64,000 nucleotides of DNA from contig NMRA01000090.1 in NCBI GenBank assembly GCA_002633005.1, positions 1 through 64,000 of the forward strand, in the 5' to 3' direction. Below are positions 39,077-52,239 of the stretch, in pieces. Each line of letters opens with the position of its first letter. Positions within the stretch are counted from its first letter, which is position 1. Made by a program: the position numbers and the translations under genes. The DNA is from Phoronis australis (taxonomy: Eukaryota; Animalia; Phoronida). The notes below the pieces were generated by a model. That model saw only the letters and a program-made list of their open reading frames with translations, was not told the DNA's origin and did no database searches.

Positions 39077-39606
39077 CTTCAACTTTGCAGCCACCTGGTT
39101 TTCCCGCTTGCTCCCATACAGGACATACATGTACTGATTTAACGATTAAATCAGTATGTCATCTATGGGAGCAATCGGAAAACGCACGTGGTTAAAAAGT
39201 CGAAGGTAGGTTCCACGTTGGTAAACAGTCGAGAACATGTTAAGAACAGTCAGGGCCACCCATCCAACTGGTGGCGACAACAATGCTCCGATTGTACATC
39301 AGGATATGCACAGCATGCAGTATGTCATTAAAGGCATTCCTGTGTTCTTTAAGCATTTTATTAAAGCATATCAATACCAGAAACGATGAATACCAAAAAT
39401 GGTAAATGATGAAGTAAATCATAAAAATAAACTATTTACACAGTAGATAACTTTCAAAGATGCAAATATCTCATTATGACCTTGAATATGTAAATTTGTG
39501 GCAAGCCTCGCCTTATAGTGACTTTCATGAAAACTGTGCTAACATTATAATTACACTGTAGGAGAAACAAACACTTCACCCATAAAGCTTAAGACTTAAT
39601 AAATAC

Positions 39607-39835
39607 TATGCGCGCACCCGGGGGGGGGGGCTCGGGGGCTCAAACGACCCCCTTTCCGTTTCATAGGGTGGGCAAAAATGTCAGCCATGTAGAAACAACA
39701 ATATCGAAAAAAGTAGAAAACAAAAGTCCACTAAAAAGGCAGGAATAACCAAAATTCCAGGAAAGCAAAATTCATAGCTCTGAACGTACCCCTGAATCAA
39801 ATTCGAGCCCCCCATTTTGGCTGGGTGCGCGCATG
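39607..39835. mobile_element. short MITE with (c/t)atgcgcgcacc termini
   Basis: atgcgcgcacc ... ggtgcgcgcat inverted ends, flanked by aatac(t) on both sides. Confidence 0.7.
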
Positions 39836-41204
39836 AATACTAGACTAAAAAAATAATGCTCATTACAAAGCCTGAGTTTACATATCAAATACTCAAAACT
39901 ACGTTTGGAACAAAAAATAAAATTGATCATTGTTCCATAAGGGTAGTAGTTGGCAAAGTGAGCTTTCCAGTAATTAAGGTTTCATTGCAGGACATCAAGT
40001 AGAGAAATACGAGCAAATCAACAAACTTACTGTAATTATGACTACAAGAATTATGAGTATGCCAAACATTTGGTAAAATACAACACAAACATTTTCAAGG
40101 ATACTTAAACAGGGATCCATGGGTCACTATGAAAAACACAGGACATGAGATGTAAATCAATAAACTAAGATACAATTATGTGCCTAAATGAACATCGAAC
40201 TGGCAAATAATTAACCCTAAACATTTCAGTGAAAAGCTGAATGTTAATCAAGCTATGGAATATAGAGCACTGGAATTTAAAGCAATTTTAACATTTACTG
40301 TAACAATGCATTTCTTTCAACTGTCTAAGAATTTAACGTAAGTTGAAGAAGATGTCTCTCCACAGAGTCTTCATAAGAACTCAGGCCCAAGCAGTATAAA
40401 CTTTTAAAAAGACTTAACAGAATGTTAAATTTGACCAGATTGAAACATATCAATACGAAATTAAGATGCCATCTGCAAGTTAAATAAAATACAAAATATT
40501 TTTAATCAGGCATAAAGAAGTACTCCTATTTAAACCTTTATACAAGAAGGCCCAAGTTAATATGCACTGCAGAATCAATCTGTATCTTGATCGTCACTAC
40601 CAAGTTCTTGGACATAATCTGAAACATGCACAGCTTTCCCTGCAAATTGCAAAAATACATGAAAGTAAGTTTTAAATTCACTACAAAGCAAATTCATGAA
40701 AAACATATCTTTAGGTATTTGGTTTCATATTCAGAACGTTTAATTTTAGGTTTAGCTTGTATGAAAAGCTAAACTCTATATTAAGGAACATTACTATAAA
40801 AGTTGAAAAAATCAGTTTTGTTCACAATGCTAGAAAGACTAGGTGTTTAAAAGATTTGCCAATTCATCAATTTTGAAAACTATAACATTGTTGTTTACCT
40901 GTTTGTTGCCTCCTATCTTCTGTCACCGTCTCTGTCGCCAGCATACTTCAGCTCAGCACTTCAGCCATCATTTCAATTGATCTTCAGTTTCTGCCACCTT
41001 TAACTTGCATCTTTAAATTTCAAACAAAAGTGTCCTATTATATGTAGTTACTAAAAAAATGACGTCATTAAAAAGTACAACTGACGAAGCTAAGCATTAC
41101 AGAGTTTATTGTTCAACTTTTTCACAGCTATAATTACAGAGGTTGAAACATTTTCACATTTTACAACAATGAGGAAACTATTGAGGAGCAGGAAATTTAC
41201 TTAC

Positions 41205-41402
41205 CAGTAGCATATTTAATTTCTGCATGGTTCAAGACCCAGTCCACCTCAGGCTATCTCTTCTGTTCTGCCACCTTTAAAAGTTACTTCGCTTTCCAAG
41301 AGTTGAGGGTGGCAGTTTGCAATCATCTCCCTTCGCACAAACCCAACACTTGGGAACTACTTCTACACTGCCCTCATCAGTGAAATACACATCAGCATAC
41401 AT
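41205..41402 (-). pseudogene. decayed exon of a CACTA accessory (TnpA/ORF2-like) gene
   Basis: MYADVYFTDEGSVEVVPKCWVCAKGDDCKLPP, then frameshift and stop, then PEVDWVLNHAEIKYAT, between a ttcag acceptor and a gtaagt donor. From memory this resembles the F-x-VEVVP-xx-W...C-x-WPP N-terminus of DUF4806-type proteins; unverified. Confidence 0.55.
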
Positions 41403-42392
41403 TCTGAAACACAATGAGTACCAATCAATAACATGTTAAAATAGTCATAAGCACGTCTTTTCATTGTTCTTCCACGAGCAAGTCGAATTACTATGGCTCT
41501 CCTTGGCCTGGGAATGCAATATTGATAAATCCTGTATCACCCTTGTAAGCGTTACAAGCTTATAAATGTCAGCGAAAAAGATAAATAAACTATATATTTG
41601 TTTAGGATTGCGGTTTTAATGTGTTATGAAAATCAAATTTGCCTTTTAATTTCATTTTAATGAAGTTGTTTATTAAAACTAGTCTCTGATTCTGGATATA
41701 TTGAGTTATCGTTGTATTATTACTTGTCTGAATAAAGATGATATGAGAAAAAGTCAGCAACAATAACAGAGACTCCACAAACTGTGTTGACTTGTCACTG
41801 CACAGAGTTTACTTGTGAAAAGTTTGAAAACCTATGCAGTAAGTTTGAAGTGCAATGTAACAAGAGATTAGTAATTTCTCAACCAAACTAAAACATTTTG
41901 AATTTTTGGAACCAGGTCAATACACATTCCAATGCTTACAATAACTTCCCACAGTATTTACAGGAGCTTTCGAACATATACATGAATTATATAACTCCAG
42001 TCGAGTTTCAACTTTCAGCTGTGGAGAACACTGACTGGACTTGTCATGCGAAGATCTGTGAGCTAACAACTTCATTGCAACTTTCTTCTTTTCCATTTTC
42101 GCATGCTTTGAAGTTTAAATTTATTCAATCAAGTAAATTCCAGAGTTCTATAAAATTTTACAACTTCTGTCCTAAAAGACTGACTCGGTTTCTCTGATAC
42201 CAATCTCACTGTTTTGACCATATTCTGCGTATAGACTGAGCATGTCAATCAGTCAGTAAGATATTTTGCATAGGAGGTTCTCTTCGAATATGTTGTGTAA
42301 TAACTAATTGCCACAGCATGACAAAAATACACTATCAACGGCGACCAAGTTTGACTTATCATTCAAACCAAAGACCTGATCTCTATACAATG

Positions 42393-44612
42393 CAGTGTTC
42401 TCCACGACCACTTTTAACGTGTCGCAGCGTCCTGTTTGGCCGAGCGCGCGTCCTGTTTAAATGTCCCGCGTCCTGTTTAAAAATCCCGCGACCAGTTTAA
42501 AAATATAGGATTTACTTTGTAAAAAAGGCGTCGTCGTCGTTAATAAGTTCTTCACTGGTTCAAATTACGCTTGACAGCAACTGACCATAGCCCATTGAAA
42601 CTGAATAAAGGCGAAGCCTAAAGAAGTTGGTGGTCCTTTGTGGACAGCCTAGTCACCGGACTCACTCAAGCGGCAGACCGAGCCACAAGTCTATTTATGA
42701 TGTAACGCGGCGTGCAAATAATCTCTCAATTATCTTTTCACTTCATCCCCAACAACTAGTCAATTTAAACAAAGGCCCAGTGCTACCTATAGGCCTAATC
42801 CACTAACTGCTCACTGGAGGTGCAGTCAGGCACGAAAGTCGCTGATCGTTGCGTTAGGCCTTTTCGCTTTTGCAGTCACCTTTTTGTGTTCGGCGGAGAA
42901 CTAATCATATTACCCATTGAAAATAAAATAATTAAGGCTAGGTGGTTAGTTCTGCGAAGTATGTGTTGTCAGCAAAGACACTGTTGCGCAGCAGTTTATG
43001 CAATGGCCGTCCTCTGGGAGGCCAGAATTTTGGTTTTCGTAGCACATTTTTCAATATTCCGTGTGCCCCACGACAGACTTTACCGATGCCAGTCTCAAAA
43101 GTATTTGCATGAAACTGCCTTTGATGGTTCTCATTGGTTGTTGTTTGTGTATTTCTCATTTAGATGAATATTATTGGTTACTTTTTGTGCCATCGGCCCA
43201 TTGAGATTGACCGAGTTCATCTCGTTGCCTTATAAGGAGTTTCGTTGGCAGCATGAACATTATGTTTGTGGCGCATACTCCCTCTAAAAATCCGCCGAGC
43301 CGTTCGCAAACTCAACTTCGATAGTGGCTGTGACGTTTGCGGTTTTGGGGGAGTATTCCGAGATTTGGGACAGCGGGTGACGTCACTGAGTAAAGTTCAA
43401 AGTATATGTGTTTCGCGTTGAGAAATTGCAGCCAAAATCACGTGCTCTCATTGAAATCAAGCGGTAACATCTCGCGTAATCTCGCAGAGTTTTGTTTATC
43501 TAGCGCGGTCCTTACGTTAGTGAATTCTATCCTGGCTTCCGTAACCAATTGACATGCGCATTCTACATACTAAGAAGTGTCGTCTGCCGCGCGAAAGCGA
43601 CGCACCGCTAAACCTAAGGATTATTTTAAAACCGAGAGATGTTTCAGATACTGACGTTGACTCAGATGCAGATACGACAGATAATCCAGGGCCGGATGGT
43701 GGTGATATTGCCGGGCTCGGTCAACGAATCGAAGATATCCGTGTCATAAACGGTGAACCAAATTTTTGCCGACAACGTCAGACATCGGCAATACAAATGA
43801 ATATATCGCTCTAACATGAGAATAGATGGTTTTCATCTGGAAGAATGAGTTTGTGACAATACAGAAAATTATGGGAATTCCATAGTTGCAAGCGTTTGAT
43901 AATTCAGTTGATATCTTTTTAGAAGTATTGGTTGTCATCAACAGGCCTGACAGTGACACTCCCGTCCAAGTAGGCCTAGATGGAAAACGCAAGTGAATTG
44001 TTTTGTTTACCCAACCTAATTTGCATTCAAGGGGGACTCGCGTATTGTGCAGTTTTTATAAGAGTTCTGGTAGTGCAGAAGTGCAATATGCTGTACCAGC
44101 TTCAGAACGTCGAATTCAGACTGTAAGAATGTGCAAGATATTACACGTACAGACTGAGAGAAAATGTAAACTCTGCTATCAAGACACAAAAATGTGACTG
44201 TCTTAACAAAGACACTTCACTTGGACTGTCTTCGTCTTAGGAAAAGTTTTACTTCTGTGTTAGACTTTTTGTACTTAGTTGACATTGACATCATTATTGA
44301 ATAGCCTAAAACATTTCCCCATACTGAATCAAACACTGTGTAGACTTCCATTTCAAAGTCATTGATTAGGCAAATGGGTTACGACATACGTGATATGTTT
44401 GTAAATAAGTCCAACTTCTAAAAATAAAAAGTTGAATACACGCAGTTATTTGTTTGCACTACTGTGCATTACTATTAAAATGAGTGGGTAAAAATAAGGT
44501 GCACAAAAAACTGCACACTAGCTTACGGAGAACGTTGACCGCCGCACGGTTCCGGCACGTTACAGTTTTTACGCGTGCGACCTGTTTAGATTTTCAGATG
44601 TGGAGAACACTG
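42393..44612. mobile_element. hAT-like non-autonomous element nested in the CACTA element, 5-bp TSD CAATG
   Basis: TIR cagtgttctccac ... gtggagaacactg. caatg at 42388-42392 and 44613-44617. Confidence 0.8.
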
Positions 44613-45131
44613 CAATGACTTACAAAAAATGTTACACTGTCAATAGAACAGTTGACTCTCATAAAGACACACAGTAACAGTAAGCAGGTAAGTCCCCCAG
44701 AGTACTAGTATGTCGACACAGTCCATAAAATTCTGTTGACCCAATATCTAGGCTAAAGAAAGGAGTAATGTGTACACTATTACATAGTCATAGATGTCGT
44801 GGAACTCAGTCGATGTTTGTAGTGCAATCTTACCAGTGTGTGACACACATGCCTTTCAATCGGGGTCACTCTAATCCCAATCGAAAGTCAAGCTGTAGCC
44901 ATTCACAACAATCAATCTGACAACCCACTTGTCACGTACGTAGACTACGGAGTGGCGAGATAGCAAACCTTGCCAAATTTATGGCGTATCTATGTAAGCG
45001 TCCAGAGCTACATAATATCTTATTCAGTACTCCCATTTTCATGGGATATATCTGAGGTACGATCTAAGATATCGAAACAAGCTCTCATGCATGGGCCATG
45101 GCTATGATATTTCGGCTTTACAGTCTCACTG

Positions 45132-45501
45132 TAGGGAGGACAACGTTTTTTTACATTTTTTTACAATACCCATAAGTCATACATTTTTGAAAAGCCCTTG
45201 GTATGAGAAATGAAATGGTGCAAAAATCAGAAAAAATGGATGAACGGTTGACGAGAAAATGGCCGTTGAAACGCGACGATTATGCGTAAAATATCTGCCT
45301 TTTTACATAATTTCGTAAAAAATAAAAGAATATACATGTGCTGCATATAAATAGATTCGTCTCATTGAGAAGGTAACGATTTATAACACAAAATTGTCTT
45401 ATAGTTAACTTTGAAGTCTGAAATCGGGTAATTTACCGACGTGGGTTTTACATGGAGGCAGATATGGAGCACCGTGACCTACTTTTTGATTGTCCTCCCT
45501 A
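45132..45501. mobile_element. MITE with TAGGGAGGACAA termini, 7-bp TSD CTCACTG
   Basis: tagggaggacaa ... ttgtcctcccta. ctcactg at 45125-45131 and 45502-45508. Confidence 0.8.
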
Positions 45502-46186
45502 CTCACTGCATAACCAAATTCACAACACAATCTGGGTACTGGCAGTAGAATAATTGAATTTAGAAATTAGTGGTCCCTGATTTTGAGAACCAGACAAGCA
45601 ATAAGTAGCAGACATGTTTTTGGCGTGGATGAAACTGCTATGATCACCAATATTTTCGACCACAGCAATCTGGCTGGCCACTACTGCACTAGCACTGCAC
45701 TGCCTGACACTGAAAATTGATTCATCTGATCAGTCAGATCAGGACAGAAATTTAATTCTTAAATCATCAAATCAGCTGTTGATTAAGCACAAGAAACCAC
45801 GTTTGGCAGTTACGAGGATAAACTAGATATCTACTTACCTCACAGGCTGACGTAAATGTATGAAATGGATACTGAAAATGTGAACAGCTTAACGGTTTTG
45901 CGCTTAAACTCAGTTTCCGGTTAGCTGGTCAGCGACACCTGTTGAAGAAAAGTTAACTTACTGCCCTCAGCGGCCACTCCCGCGTGCCGAGAACAGTTTG
46001 AAAGATGGCAAATTCTGTGGAAAATGACACTGTTTGGAAATTAGAGAGTGTTTAACCAATGACTACAATTATTTGATGTGACGAAAACGACTCACGAGCG
46101 TAGAGCGAACAAAGACCGGCAGCGGGCGGGGCCCGGCCCCGCCGGGGGCCGCTGGGCTCCGGCTGGAATGAAATGTTTACATATTG

Positions 46187-46701
46187 CCACGGCAGTATAT
46201 ATTTTTCTGAATCATAGACGGATTTTTAATTTTCCTTTTTCAATTTGACTCTGAAATGGACCTACACTTTGACAACGCCGGACCGACGTTGGACCGACGT
46301 CGCGGCACTCAGCACAACCAGTGATTTCTCGCACCCGGCGTCGCACCCGCGTCGGCACAACGTCAAACGTACCCGACGCTAAGCCAGCGTTGGTTCCGAC
46401 GTCAAGACTGAACAATACTCAAAGAAGGACAAATAGGCTGACTTATGCACGGCAGTAAATATTTTTATGAATCACAGACGTATTTTTAATTTTCCTTTTT
46501 CAATTTGACGCTATAGTTAAATGGACCCACACTTTTTACACGACACGACGTTGGACCGACGTCGGACTCAGCACCACATATGATTTCTCGCACCGCGTCG
46601 CACCCGCGTCGGCCCAACGTCAAACATGCCCGACGCTGAGCCAACGTTGGTCCGACGTCAAGACTGAACAATACTCAAAGTAGGACAAATAGGTTGACTT
46701 A
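46187..46701 (+). repeat. two tandem ~260-bp copies in the CACTA right subterminal region
   Basis: cacggcagta...tttttaattttcctttttcaatttgac...gtcaagactgaacaatactcaaag occurs twice. Confidence 0.85.
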
Positions 46702-47850
46702 CACACTGTGACTATAAAAAAAAATAATATCGCAAGCGTCAAATTTACTTGGAAGTGCAAAACAGGCTTTTAAAGGCCGCATCTCGTAGACCGCCGACCA
46801 ACGTCGGACCAACGTCAAAAAACCGACCGCGACCAATCGACCTTGAGCCAACGAATGGCGACGTCGGCCCAACGTAGTGATGCTATCTGGGTAAGCATTG
46901 CAATGTCAATTGTCAATGACGTCGTAACGGTGGTAGGCTACTTGTCTAAACAAACGGTTGGTCAACAAAATGCCGGATTACAAGTACATTTTAAAATTCA
47001 ACTCATACCTGGTATCGTTAATCACCTGTAATGCATGGTGTTCTTACGTACACACGTAAATTCATCAAATGCTCACAGGAACGTCTCGATCGTCCACATA
47101 CCACTGGCTTCCCCTACAACCGGAAGTTTCCCTGGACTAAGTTAATGATCGGGGTACGAAAGGGTGAAAAACTTCTTACCTATCTTCTCATTTTATCTTT
47201 ATCCAGATATCAGTTTCACAACACTTTACTGTATCATATAAACGATAGGTATGAGATGTTAATATTTTATAAAATTACCAACTGCTTTTAACCGATCATT
47301 GTTTGTGTCTTGTCATTCATCCCTCATAATTTTTGAACTGTTCTAAAGCACTCGACAGCGGCATGTGAAGTCTTCACTGAATCATTCGGCATGAGCTGAC
47401 TCACACAAGTTAGTGCGAGGGAATCCGTGTTTTTCGAAATCGACAAATTTCAACAGAGCATGTTATGAACTGCCACTAAATTGACATAATCTGTAAAGAT
47501 TTGCATATCTACTTCTATGACGGTGCTGCATAATCTTGCTAAGTGACCGCAGGGAGAGTTCTTCATTCAAATCCACAAGACCAGGCACAAGCAGCAAGGC
47601 AGCGGGAGTAATTTTGTAGCCGTTCATAGGCTCGTAGTCTATTCACAGACGGGTTACGTATCTAGCTCTAGGCGCTACCAGTAAGACGTTTGGTTTAGGC
47701 CTACGTGGAGGAAATATTGCCTTATTGGTGAGTTCTTTTTGCTGTGCCTAAACTTTTGATTGAATTGATATAAATAAAGATTCTTCTTTCAATGTCGGCA
47801 ATTGATCGTGAACAAAATAAAAGTGAAAGCGTTCTGCAGTATAGACAATT

Positions 47851-48582
47851 GAATTACCACTATTTCTAGCTGGCCAGTTGAGACCAGGGGCGGATCCAGG
47901 ACTTTAAGTTGGGGGAGGGGGGTGTGGGGGCAGCTCAGAGTATTACTAATACTCTGAGCTGCCTGTCAGGCATTCACACCCCTGAATTGTCAAATGAAAT
48001 CTGGGGGAATTTGGTGGGGGGAGGGTGCCCCCTTGGCCAGTTGGCCTCCCCTTAAATCCGTCACTGGATATAGGAGCTTCATATGCTGGAAGCTTCTCGG
48101 CAAATTATGCCTGACACTGATTAAAACTTTAAAGTCACATTGTTATAACTACCTTTTGTGCACAGAGGCCGGGGCACCTTAGGAGGCCGTTGATGTTTTT
48201 TTAGGTCCTTCCAACTCGAACAAATTGTCCAGTTTCTTCGAGCAGTCCTTCGTTCAGTTCACTAAATCATGAACTGCCCATTTTTAACACTGCGCGTGAC
48301 AGGTGGTTTGACGTTATATGCCCTGGCCTGAGTTTCTGATTTTGGGAATTCACCGAAGGACGGCTCAAAGACTGAAAAAGTTTGATTACGGGAGTATTTG
48401 CTGGAGTTGGAAGGAAGTTAAGACATCGAGGGCCTCTTAAGGTGTCCCTCTATGCGCAAAAGGTAACAACACGACTTTGATGTTTTAATCTTTGGCAGAC
48501 ATAATTCGCCTACAACTACAAGCTTCCGGCTCCTAAAGGAGCTTCTCCGTCTCTACTGGCTAGCTAGAGAAGGTGGTCACTG
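47851..48582. mobile_element. MITE with long imperfect TIRs (related fragment at ~25286-25410)
   Basis: attaaaact...aagtc...accttttg(t/c)gca(c/t)agagg arm at ~48120-48180 is inverted at ~48436-48490. The ctagctggccagttgagac / gtctctactggctagctag ends match. Confidence 0.6.
47885..48066. mobile_element. small CAGGGGCGGATCC-type MITE nested in the previous element
   Basis: caggggcggatccagga ... ttaaatccgtcactg imperfect TIRs. No clear TSD. Confidence 0.6.
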
Positions 48583-48714
48583 TGTATCTGCAGTAGAGCA
48601 TCGGAGCGTGGTTGGTATCTGTTAGAACCCCAAGTATCAGAGCATTATACCGTGTACTAAGTAAGTAGCCTAATAAGGGAATACTGTGCATGCTACACTG
48701 AGATAAATGACGCT

Positions 48715-51168
48715 ATTAGAATTGCCAGGTCGCATTTTGCGATCTAGCTAGAATCCCAGGTCGCATTTCCAAAATCCAGCGCGCATTCATAAATACCAGG
48801 TTGCAAAATTTTCCCGCCATTTTTACGCGCCAAAACTGATTTTAGATCAATGAGAAAATATTTAGATGCTCTTACCTGCAGCATTAAATACTCACAAATT
48901 TCAGATCCCAAAACTGACTTCGTTCATGCAGGTACGGCATTACTGTACTTCATGACCGCCATTGAAAGTCTCTAGAGCGCAAGGCAAGTTGCCGACGTGA
49001 AAGTTGAATTAGTGCTCTCTAACTAACACGTACATTCGAGTAGATAAGTTTGCGATGTGTAAAGGGAGAAAATGCCCGTTGAAAAAGTATCCGGGATTTT
49101 GCTAGGCCTGACCTGCTACTGGCTGTCATGAAAGTCGTTAAAGATTCAAACTAACTTCGAGGGCAAATTCCCTCCGCTTTTTGTTCGCAGCCCAAATTTT
49201 GCAACTTAACTCATGTTTGAAAAACATCTGTCGAAAAAAATCCATGAAACGATGCCCTAACCGAATAAAAAATTCAGTGCAAATTTCACAACAAAAATGT
49301 GGTACTTATGCTGTTTACGTACTCAACAACTAAATTCCATGAAGTGAATAGCCTCCAAATAATTCCTCACTCCCTCCGTGCGGGTTTCCATCAAGTAATG
49401 GCAAGTTTGCTCCTCAATTCCTTCCAAGTACGGGAATAATAGGTCAGTCACAAAACGACATGCATGTCACAAGTGTTAACTTTTTTTCTGAGGTTTAAAA
49501 CAAAGCCGGGATTTGGTTTTTACATATTGAGAAAAGACGTTTTTTGAAAACGGAATTTGTTGTGTAAAATGAGACTGACACACCATATAGGCTGCTTGTC
49601 AATTTTAAACCACGCGTGGTCTTTTGTAGTGCGCTGTGATGGGTGCTAGCCTGAACTGAAGGCGCTTAATTGGAAATTCTCAAAAGTTGAAGGGAAACGC
49701 TTAGTAGATCAGTGAGCGCTTATTGTGAAACGCTTCAAAGGTAGGGAGTAGGCTTGTGCGTTAGCAAAGTCGTTAACCTGAGTGTTTGCGGTAATAAGGT
49801 ATTAAAAGACTACAATGGTAGGAAACATTATAATAATACGATTTTGCGAGGCAAACTCCATTTAGTTGGGGTGACTTTCTGGATATCGTTACCACTTACA
49901 ATGTACCCTTTTTAGCCACCCAGAATAAGTTTGTTTTAATTGTCCGCTTCAGCCGGAACATGATTGTTTCTATTGGAGTCTGAACATTTTTACAGCAGTG
50001 GTGGTCCGAGGAGTGAAAAGTTGTCGGAGNGGGGGGGGGGGCTGAGGGGAGGTGTATGAAGAGAAGAATAAAAAGTTCGCTAACCACAATTTCGCATCTA
50101 GCACCCCTTGCAATACCTGGCTACGGGCATATAAGGTTTAGAGAACATTGACCTCGAGAAACATCGGAACTGGAAAATATCAGTTCTGGGTTATATCCGT
50201 CCCTTGGAATATCATATCATCAGGTCTTTTATAACCGCCGGGAATCTATGAGTTCATTTTCAAATAAACCATTGGCACCCAGGTGCTTAACAGAGCCAAG
50301 CCGCTATACTCTTTCATTTAGGACTTCCGCTGTTCTCTTTTGATGTGCAGCTTTGAACTGGTGCGCACGTGTGAGTTCACGCACTTGAATCGCTGGAATA
50401 GGCCTACACTTTAAGTTGGCAACAACGTGTGAAAGACAAATCATATTTCGCATACATAGTCCCAGAAACAAGTAATGGGGTTTCAGGATTTTTTGGCAAC
50501 TGAAAGTAAAGATTTGATCGTCGTTTGGGGACTAACAGGGTTGTCATTTCACTTTGGCTGTCTTATGGGATAAAAACGAGGCGCACATCTCTAAGTCACG
50601 ACTGTCTGCCGGGACCGCTTGCACGCTAACAACGGGACCGATCAGTGCCGCACTGCGATATCAGGAATATTGCCGTGGATATTTGGAACATATAATAACC
50701 ACATCTTAAACGAAAAACAAACATATTTGTTCACCACAAAGTTTGATAAGTTGATTGCTTAAGAATTAATAGAAACACCGCTGTTTAGTGAGATTTTATT
50801 ACGTGTTATGTGGCCCGAAACTTTCTTCGTCAAATCCGGAAATTTTCAAAAGTGGCCGAAAATGAAATGCGTCAAAGATTGATTCTGCATATCCCATGTT
50901 CACGCAACTTGCTTACATGTCATCAGGAGGTGTGTTCTCAGTTAGTGTTCATTTGAACTTGGATTTGCAACAACCAAATAATGGTCAGATTAACAAGAGT
51001 TGCTTTATATTTGCCAGGTATCTGCCAAGAAGTGTAAAAACTCAGCTCACATTCGTTGGAAATTCCAGGTCGCATTTTGCGACTTGATATGAGCTGACAA
51101 AAATCTGAGCTCGCATTTCCAGATTTCAGGTCGCAAATGCGACCTTCAGCTCGTTATGTCGAGCCCTG
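48715..51168. mobile_element. possible hAT-like element remnant
   Basis: ccaggtcgcattttgcga repeats at ~48725 and ~51065. Right end gtcgagccctg. Left TIR not found. Confidence 0.4.
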
Positions 51169-52239
51169 CCTAAAAATCGGGGGTGGGCGGTTAACCGAAC
51201 ATGGGCACTTATTACGACAGACAACTGCCCTGGGCAGTTAATCGTACCTCGTGATCTAAGTCCCCACACAACACACGTACTCGAAACGTGTAGCACTTTT
51301 CAAAGAGCTTTATCGTCACGTCGCCAAATGACGGTAAAAACTTCATAACAGCGGATGATCCCAACAAAGGTTCTGTTGCCATCAGATTAGTCATTCACAA
51401 TTCAATCAAAAAAAAATACTGAGTAATAGACCTGTGCCATCATGCGGTCTTGTTAGTTTGTTATAACCGTAGTGCGCAGACGACCAGTGACGACGCAGTG
51501 CTCCACTTGGATTGCAAGCGGTGACACTGCAAAAGTGCGCGTGTGCAAACTTCACATGTTGCAGAGGTCACAGCTGACATCAAGGTTATAGTCCCGTGCT
51601 AGCTTTCAAGTTTTCAGGTTCTGAGTCAGATGCAGTTTTAAAATTATTAAAGTTTGAAAAACTAATTCAAGTGTTTTTTGTGTTTGAGACGTTTATAGTC
51701 GACACTCCGTGACTCTATAACATTTTCACTTCCTGTTGCGCGAAACATGCTCAGCAAAGAAGTAAGACAAGAATCGGGAGGGATAAGGGGACGTGAGCCA
51801 GTTGTCAATCAACAAGAAAAGTTCGAACCACGGCATGAATATGTGATAAAACGTCATAAAACAGTGATGTTTCAATTAATTTTTAAATGACCACCTTACC
51901 CAACTTTGTTGTGGAAAACACATTTATTTTACATGCAAGATGTCCAGATTATATCCTATTATAATATCACCTACACTATTGCACTGCGTCACTGGTCGGC
52001 CCCGGCAGGCAATCTTGACTTGGGAACAGGACAGCGTTTTCCTGTTCAGTGACTTTACCAGAGGAAGGGGGTTCTGAGCGTGTGATAACATCTAGCTTCT
52101 TTGTTAGCTGCCAAGCACAGTCTTTTGTCTGTTATGAAAGCAGGCACTCCAGTTATCTACCAGGCTTATTATAGACCACATATGAACACTGTCAAACCCG
52201 CCAGAGGAAATTGATACATTCTGAAAGAATAGATTATCG

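Larger units (their letters stand above)
38632..46891 (-). mobile_element. CACTA/EnSpm (CMC)-like transposon derivative, ~8.3 kb
   Basis: TIR CCCAGATAGCAT ... ATGCTATCTGGG flanked by TA on both sides. Dense ccaacgtcgg/ccgacgttgg subterminal repeats at both ends. Internal decayed ORF exon. Confidence 0.8.

Noticed and set aside
38541-39195. 148-aa and 137-aa ORFs
   Set aside because: They are translations of the CACTA subterminal repeats.
42021-42033. Extra gtggagaacactg TIR copy
   Set aside because: No partner TIR or TSD found, so no element can be delimited.
43554-44197. ORFs inside the hAT-like element as a transposase
   Set aside because: Short and interrupted, with no identifiable catalytic or zinc-finger motif.
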